DNA of 36,479 bases from an uncultured Clostridia bacterium (GTDB lineage: Bacteria; Bacillota; Clostridia; Christensenellales; UBA1242): positions 1 through 36,479 of the forward strand of contig CANQRE010000003.1 in assembly GCA_947626175.1 (NCBI GenBank), in the 5' to 3' direction. Each line of letters opens with the position of its first letter. Position 1 is the first letter of the stretch. The translations under genes and the position numbers were made by a program. Below the pieces are notes generated by a model, which was not told the DNA's origin, searched no databases, and saw only the letters and a program-made list of their open reading frames with translations. Positions 29,451-36,479 of this stretch are shown piece after piece.

Positions 29451-30453
29451 CAAAGTTGCAATTTCATCACGCATTCGTCTTGCCCGAAACATTTCGGACA
29501 TAGAGTTTATGCCGCTGCTTACAGATGAAAACAAAATAGATTTCATCACGTCATCGATGAGCGCGCTTTTGTCAGCTTCAGGAGATTTTGACACAAGATT
29601 TTTAAAGGATATGCCGCTTTCGTCATGCACAGCACTTTTGGAAAGACATATCATCAGCAAGGAGCTTATTGCCAACAAGGATATTTCTGTTGTTTCAACA
29701 AATGAAGATGAAAGCATAATTGTGATGATGCTTGAAGAAGATCATTTGCGTCTTCAAAGCGTTCAAAGCGGATTTAATCTTATGAAGGCGTATTCGCTTC
29801 TTCTTCCGCTTGATGAAAAAATTTCCGCAGCATTCAAAATTGCTTTTGATCAGCGACTGGGATATTTAACCTCTTCGCCATCAAATCTTGGAACAGGGAT
29901 GAGGGCGTCAGTGATGGTTTTCATTCCTGCTCTTGTCATGAGCGGCCAAATTGAACATCTCAAAAAAGATGCCCGCAAGGAAGGGTTAACTTTTCGCGGA
30001 GTGTATGGCGAAGGAAGCGAAGGGCTTGGCTATTTGTATCAAATTTCAAATCAAGGCCTTTTGTGGCTAAGTGAAGAGGAAATAATTGACAGGGTCAGCG
30101 ACTTTTTCTTTGAAATATATAATCAAGAAACAAGTTTAAGACAGCAAATATTTGAGAAAAATCATGACAAGCTTTGTGACGAAATTTTTCGGGCTTTTGC
30201 GATAATCAAAAACGCCTATCTTCTTGAAGAAAAGGAAATGTTCCGCCTGCTTGGGCTTGTTCGATTTGGACATGAACTGGGATTGTTAAAAATAAAAGAC
30301 ATTGAGCTGTTTATGAAGTTATATTATCATGGTGGTTCGGCATTTTTGCGTTCTCTTCGCACTTTTTCGGCAGAAAAAAAGGAAAATCGCATGAGAGCGG
30401 AGTATATATCAAAGATGGTGAAAAACCTTGTAACAATTGGGGGTGAAAAATGA
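29437..30453 (+). CDS. mcsB: protein-arginine kinase McsB homologue (ATP:guanido phosphotransferase fold), active-site Cys replaced by Ser
   Basis: SSRIRLARN, EEDHLR, GYLTSSPSNLGTGMRASV, RGVYGEGSE and YQISNQ; AGGAG RBS before ATG 29437. Confidence 0.92.
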   Translation: MTNFDKVAISSRIRLARNISDIEFMPLLTDENKIDFITSSMSALLSASGDFDTRFLKDMPLSSCTALLERHIISKELIANKDISVVSTNEDESIIVMMLEEDHLRLQSVQSGFNLMKAYSLLLPLDEKISAAFKIAFDQRLGYLTSSPSNLGTGMRASVMVFIPALVMSGQIEHLKKDARKEGLTFRGVYGEGSEGLGYLYQISNQGLLWLSEEEIIDRVSDFFFEIYNQETSLRQQIFEKNHDKLCDEIFRAFAIIKNAYLLEEKEMFRLLGLVRFGHELGLLKIKDIELFMKLYYHGGSAFLRSLRTFSAEKKENRMRAEYISKMVKNLVTIGGEK

Positions 30454-32882
30454 ATTTAGGTTCAAATTTCTTTTCTGACAGCATTGAAAAGGTAATCAAA
30501 AATGCAAGCCGAGTTGCCTTAAAGTTTGGCAGCGATGTTGTTGGCACAGAGCATATTTTGTATGGCATAACATCGGTCAAGGAGTCGTTGGCATCAAAAA
30601 TGCTGGCGGAATATGGTGTGACGGAAGAAGATTTGTTTGAGCTTTTCCGCGAAAATTCATTTGAAGAGCAGGCTTTTGGCTCAGTTGAACTTTCGCCAAG
30701 GGTAAAAGAGCTTTTCCGCATTGCACAACAATATGCAATGAGCTTCAATCATTCCTTTTTGGGAACAGAGCATTTGCTGCTCGCGCTTTTGTCATCGCAA
30801 GGCTCTGTTGCGGTCAAACTTTTGGCAAATCATTATGGAGTTGATCTTCAGTCGCTGTATAACAAACTCACAACTTCGCTCAATCAATCAAGCGGGGCAA
30901 AGCAAGCAAATTCGGCAAGCGAATCACAGCTTAAAAGCACCCTTCCTGAAAAATTGCTTTCAATGGGCAGTGACATAACCCTAAAAGCAAAGGAACACAA
31001 ACTTGATCCTGTGATTGGAAGGGAAGATGAAATCGAGCGAGTTATCGAAATACTGTGCCGCAAAACAAAAAACAATCCTGTTCTTATTGGTGAAGCTGGG
31101 GTTGGAAAAACGGCGATTGTTGAAGGGCTTGCTCAAGCAATTGTAAGCGGAAATGTGCCTGAAATCTTAAAGGACAAAGTTGTTTATTCGCTTGAAATAG
31201 GCGGGCTTATGGCTGGAACAAAATATCGCGGCTCAATGGAAGAAAAACTTAAGGACGCCATTGAAACAATCATTCAGGACAAAAACATAATTGTGTTCAT
31301 AGATGAAATTCACACTCTTGGCAGGGCAAGCAGCTCTGAAAGTGGTGAAACTCCGCCAGCGGACATGCTCAAGCCATATCTTGCGCGGGGAGAGCTTCAA
31401 ACAATTGGGGCAACAACAACTGATGAATATCGCAAATTTATCGAAAAGGACAAAGCACTTGAACGTAGATTTCAGCCAATTGTTGTTCAGCCGCCTTCAG
31501 TTGAAAACACAATTCAAATATTAAAAGGCCTAAAGGACACTTATGAAGCTTTCCACAAGGTTAAAATAAGTGATGAAGCCATAATTGCTGCGGCAACGCT
31601 TTCTGACAGATATATCATGGACAGGGCATTGCCTGACAAAGCGATTGACCTTATTGATGAAGCCTGCTCAAAGGCCAAAGTCAACTTTTCTGTCAAGCCG
31701 CAGGAAGTAAAGGATCTTGAAAACAAAATTGCACACTTGTCGTCTTCAAGAGATGATGCTTCGCTTCAACGCAATTATGAAAAAGCGGCGGAGCTTCAAT
31801 CTGAAATCATAAAGCTTGAAACTCAGCTAAAGGAAAAGCAATCTTCGCTCAAGCCAAAAGTCAAAGCAACAAATCAAATTGGAGCAAATGAAATTGCGCA
31901 AGTTGTTTCAAAATGGACTGGGATTCCTGTCACAAGGCTGACGGAAAGTGAAAGGGACAAGCTTTTGCATCTTGAAGAAATTTTCCACAAGCGTGTTGTT
32001 GGCCAAGATGAAGCAGTTTCGGCTGTGGCAAAGGCAATTCGCAGGTCGCGTGTTGGCCTTCAGGATTCAAAAAGGCCAATTGGCTCGTTCTTGTTCTTGG
32101 GGCAAACTGGCGTTGGAAAAACAGAGCTTAGCAAAGCAATTGCCGAAGCAATGTTTGACAGCGAAAACAACATTGTCAGACTTGACATGTCGGAATATAT
32201 GGAGCCGCACTCGGTTTCAAAACTCATTGGTGCTCCTCCGGGATATGTTGGCTATGATGAAGGCGGACAGCTGACGGAAGCAGTTCGCAGAAGGCCATAT
32301 TGCGTAATCCTTTTTGATGAAATTGAAAAGGCGCATCCAGACATTTTTAATGCACTTTTGCAAATATTGGATGACGGCAGACTAACTGACAGCCAGGGCA
32401 GAACTGTAAGCTTCAAAAACACAATCATCATCATGACGTCAAACATAGGGGCAGATGAAGTAAAGCAAAACAAAAAACTTGGATTTGGCGAAGATGAGGA
32501 AAATGTGGCGGACAAAGAAATATATATGCAAGCGCTCAAAAACAAATTTAAGCCAGAGTTTATCAATCGAATTGACATGATTTGTGTGTTTGAGCCGCTC
32601 ACACAGCCGCAACTTGTAAAAATTGCAAAACTTCTTATTTCTGGCATAAACAAAAGGCTGAAGGAAAAGGATTTGTCAATCATGCTCACAGAAGACGCAC
32701 TGTCATATATCGTAAGCAAAGGCTCAAACACTGAATATGGAGCAAGGCCGCTCAAACGCTTTTTGCAGCAGGAAGTGGAAGACAGAATCGCCGAAAAAAT
32801 ATTGCTTGGCGAGCTAAAGGACAAAGGCGTGATTGAAATCGACTGCGAAAATGATGAACTGACATTCACTTCAAGGGATTAA
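30450..32882 (+). CDS. clpC: ATP-dependent Clp protease ATPase subunit ClpC
   Basis: Two Clp-N repeats (GTEH), two AAA modules ([16 protein letters not shown]), short UVR-like M domain and ClpP-docking LGF loop. Confidence 0.96.
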   Translation: MNLGSNFFSDSIEKVIKNASRVALKFGSDVVGTEHILYGITSVKESLASKMLAEYGVTEEDLFELFRENSFEEQAFGSVELSPRVKELFRIAQQYAMSFNHSFLGTEHLLLALLSSQGSVAVKLLANHYGVDLQSLYNKLTTSLNQSSGAKQANSASESQLKSTLPEKLLSMGSDITLKAKEHKLDPVIGREDEIERVIEILCRKTKNNPVLIGEAGVGKTAIVEGLAQAIVSGNVPEILKDKVVYSLEIGGLMAGTKYRGSMEEKLKDAIETIIQDKNIIVFIDEIHTLGRASSSESGETPPADMLKPYLARGELQTIGATTTDEYRKFIEKDKALERRFQPIVVQPPSVENTIQILKGLKDTYEAFHKVKISDEAIIAAATLSDRYIMDRALPDKAIDLIDEACSKAKVNFSVKPQEVKDLENKIAHLSSSRDDASLQRNYEKAAELQSEIIKLETQLKEKQSSLKPKVKATNQIGANEIAQVVSKWTGIPVTRLTESERDKLLHLEEIFHKRVVGQDEAVSAVAKAIRRSRVGLQDSKRPIGSFLFLGQTGVGKTELSKAIAEAMFDSENNIVRLDMSEYMEPHSVSKLIGAPPGYVGYDEGGQLTEAVRRRPYCVILFDEIEKAHPDIFNALLQILDDGRLTDSQGRTVSFKNTIIIMTSNIGADEVKQNKKLGFGEDEENVADKEIYMQALKNKFKPEFINRIDMICVFEPLTQPQLVKIAKLLISGINKRLKEKDLSIMLTEDALSYIVSKGSNTEYGARPLKRFLQQEVEDRIAEKILLGELKDKGVIEIDCENDELTFTSRD

Positions 32883-32912
32883 TCGCTATAAAAACAATCG
32901 TTTCAAAAAAAC

Positions 32913-32943
32913 AAAAAAGCGAAGGCATTTGCCTTCGCTTTTT
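32913..32943 (+). terminator. intrinsic terminator after clpC
   Basis: AAAAAGCGAAGGCA-tt-TGCCTTCGCTTTTT stem. Confidence 0.85.
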
Positions 32944-33067
32944 AAATTGACACATCGCTGGCTTGATATCATGAAAAAGCCTTGGTGTCAATATTGAAAA
33001 ATATCTCTTTTTGTTTGGAGAAAAAAGATAAATTTGTTACAATAGTAAAGTCAAAAAGGAGAGAAAC

Positions 33068-33592
33068 ATGAAAATTGAATTTGTTGAAAGAAATTACAAG
33101 ATTTCGAAAAAACTCAAAGAAATCATCACTGAAAAAGTGGAGCGTTTATCAAAGTATTTTGGCGCTGATGCAAGGGCAAAAGTTGTTTGCTCGGAGCAAA
33201 ACAAAACTCAAAAGTTGGAACTTACAATTGTCAACAAAGGAACTCTTTACAGAAGTGAAGTGACAAGTGATGAAATGTTCAACAACATTGACCTTGCTCT
33301 TCCAAAAATTGAGCGTCAAATTGTTCGTCACAAGGACAAAAGGATTGCATCATCTCGAGTTAAAGAAGTCAATGCCTATGAGTTTATCACCGAAGAGCCT
33401 GAAGAAAAACTTGCCGATGTTTACAAAACAAAATCATTTGATCTTGATCCAATTTCAGTTGACCAAGCAAAGGATTATATCGAGCGCCTTGGCCACACTT
33501 TCTTTATTTTTCTCAATGCCGAAACAGGCAAGGTAAATGTTTTGTATCGCCGCAAGGATCAAAAATTTGGCCTTATTGAAGTAAATTACTAA
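33068..33592 (+). CDS. hpf: ribosome hibernation promoting factor, long form
   Basis: S30AE N-domain (NIDLALPKIERQIVRHK) plus C-domain (LGHTFFIFLNAETGKVNVLYRRKD..GLIE). Confidence 0.95.
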   Translation: MKIEFVERNYKISKKLKEIITEKVERLSKYFGADARAKVVCSEQNKTQKLELTIVNKGTLYRSEVTSDEMFNNIDLALPKIERQIVRHKDKRIASSRVKEVNAYEFITEEPEEKLADVYKTKSFDLDPISVDQAKDYIERLGHTFFIFLNAETGKVNVLYRRKDQKFGLIEVNY

Positions 33593-33649
33593 AATCAACA
33601 TATTTGCGGTATTCTGACATAATACACACAACATATTGACAAAAAAAAC

Positions 33650-33681
33650 AAAAACGCCTTTGCATCGCAAAGGCGTTTTTT
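33650..33681. terminator. bidirectional terminator between hpf and ung
   Basis: AAAAACGCCTTTGC-atc-GCAAAGGCGTTTTT stem. Confidence 0.85.
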
Positions 33682-33725
33682 AAAATTGTTCAAGGCTTTT
33701 GATTTTGTTTTTTTAAGCAAAAACA

Positions 33726-34382
33726 TTAATGCCAATCGATTTCTTGCATTCCGTTCAACTTTAAAAATTGATTGCACTTTGAAAAATGTTTGCATCCAAA
33801 AAATCCGCGATATGCTGACATTGGGCTTGGGTGCGGCGCTCGCAAAACAAGGTGGCGAGCGGGGATTTGGCTTGCAAATTGCCCAGCGTGTGAACCCCAA
33901 AGCATAAACACCATCGGCTGCTCTCTTTTTGCCAAAAGTTCAATGATTTTTGACGTAAATTGTTCCCAGCCTTTGCCTTGATGGCTCATTGCGGCGTGTT
34001 TTCGAACGGTGAGAGTGGTGTTGAGCAAAAGCACTCCTTGCTTTGCCCAGCGAGACAAATCTCCACTTGAGTTTGGAGAGTAGCCAAGGTCGTTTTTGAT
34101 TTCCTGAAAAATGTTCACAAGGCTTGGCGGCAACGGTGTTGGGTCTGACACTGAAAAACTCAGCCCATTTGCTTGCCCAGGCTCGTGATATGGGTCCTGA
34201 CCGATGATAACCACCTTCACTTTGTCGTAAGGCACAAAGTTTAGGGCGTTAAACACAAGGTCATCTTCGGGATAAACGTCAAACTTGCTTCTTTCGTCAC
34301 GCAAAAAGTCTTGCAATGTCACAAAATATTGCTTTTCGGTTTCGTCTTTTAAAAGGTCATACCAGCTTTTTCTGATTTTCAT
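33726..34382 (-). CDS. ung: uracil-DNA glycosylase (family 1)
   Basis: GQDPYH, GLSFSV, PPSLVNI, GVLLLN and HPSP. Confidence 0.98.
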   Translation of the reverse strand: MKIRKSWYDLLKDETEKQYFVTLQDFLRDERSKFDVYPEDDLVFNALNFVPYDKVKVVIIGQDPYHEPGQANGLSFSVSDPTPLPPSLVNIFQEIKNDLGYSPNSSGDLSRWAKQGVLLLNTTLTVRKHAAMSHQGKGWEQFTSKIIELLAKREQPMVFMLWGSHAGQFASQIPARHLVLRAPHPSPMSAYRGFFGCKHFSKCNQFLKLNGMQEIDWH

Positions 34383-34578
34383 TTTATCTCCGCAAAAATT
34401 TTAGCACATTCTTGCCAAAAACACAAGCAGCAACAGCCTGTTGCGTTCAAAAAAGCAAATGCTTTTTGCGTTTGACAACAAAACAGCAATCATCTTGCTT
34501 CTTTGCAGCAAAATCATTTTGTTTTTCACCTTCAAATCACTTTGTTTTGGCAAGCAAATTTGTTAAAATAACTGTTGA

Positions 34579-35886
<1,308 letters not shown>

Positions 35887-35944
35887 GCGTATTCTCTTAA
35901 ACGGGCTTTAACAAACGCACTCGATGCATCTTAAGGAGAAAAAT

Positions 35945-36479
35945 ATGATTAACACAAATTTATATAAAACACTGAAGGAGCGGGGGCTTTTGTATCAATG
36001 CACTGACGAGCAAGGCCTAAAAAGTATGCTTGAAAGCGGAAAGCCAATCGCGGTGTATGAGGGCACCGATCCAACAATGGACAGCCTTCACATCGGTCAC
36101 TGCTTGCCATATCTCATCATGCGCCGCTTCCAAAAGGCAGGGCACAAGGTGATTCTCCTCATGGGCGGAGCAACGGCTTCAATCGGCGATCCATCTGGCA
36201 AAACAACAATGCGAAGCATGATGAGCAAGGCTCAAATTGAGCAAAACGTTCAAAAAATCAAGGAAACGCTCAAAATTTTTCTCGATTTTGACGGCGAAAA
36301 TCCGGCAATAATCGTGAACAACATCGATTGGTTTTCAAATTATTCCTACATTGACTTCATGCGCGAAGTTGGTGTTCATTTCAATGTGAACAAAATGCTT
36401 GCAAATGAAATTTATGCCAAACGCATCGAAGAAGGCGGCTTAACGTTTTTTGAAATGGGCTATATGCTTATGCAGGCCT
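35945..36479 (+). CDS. tyrS: tyrosine--tRNA ligase, 5' part (runs off the right edge)
   Basis: Read by hand: MINTNLYKTLKERGL...YEGTDPTMDSLHIGH...GGATASIGDPSGK...FFEMGYMLMQA; AAGGAG RBS. Confidence 0.95.
   Translation, partial: MINTNLYKTLKERGLLYQCTDEQGLKSMLESGKPIAVYEGTDPTMDSLHIGHCLPYLIMRRFQKAGHKVILLMGGATASIGDPSGKTTMRSMMSKAQIEQNVQKIKETLKIFLDFDGENPAIIVNNIDWFSNYSYIDFMREVGVHFNVNKMLANEIYAKRIEEGGLTFFEMGYMLMQA

Overview
A 36.5-kb, AT-rich stretch of bacterial chromosome that looks like a Clostridia/Bacillota genome (inferred from gene order and sigma-A promoters). It is mostly housekeeping: rlmD, tRNA-Arg(CCT), rplM-rpsI-trxB, dnaG-rpoD, lysS-nth-obgE-yhbY, rsfS-ywlE-rpiB-gap, dinB, tex-mcsA-mcsB-clpC, hpf, ung, eno and partial tyrS. 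The left end is accessory: a three-domain LigD with no adjacent ku gene, followed by a fused DUF262-DUF1524 (GmrSD/SspE-type) nuclease. Five things stand out. (1) A 132-bp direct repeat with a 213-bp period begins with the last 19 nt of the tRNA, contains a 14-nt antisense copy of the tRNA T-arm, and is followed by two orphan genes. (2) The protein-arginine-phosphorylation module is rewired: a 60-aa single-finger McsA, an McsB with Ser in place of the active-site Cys, no ctsR, but an intact YwlE-type phosphatase. (3) gap is frameshifted near codon 30. (4) Several intact ORFs look like catalytically dead enzyme homologues (Mrr-like, GtrB-like, amidohydrolase-like). (5) Familiar operons are missing their usual middle genes. 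I saw no CRISPR array, integrase, transposase or prophage. All family calls come from reading motifs by eye; no database search was run.
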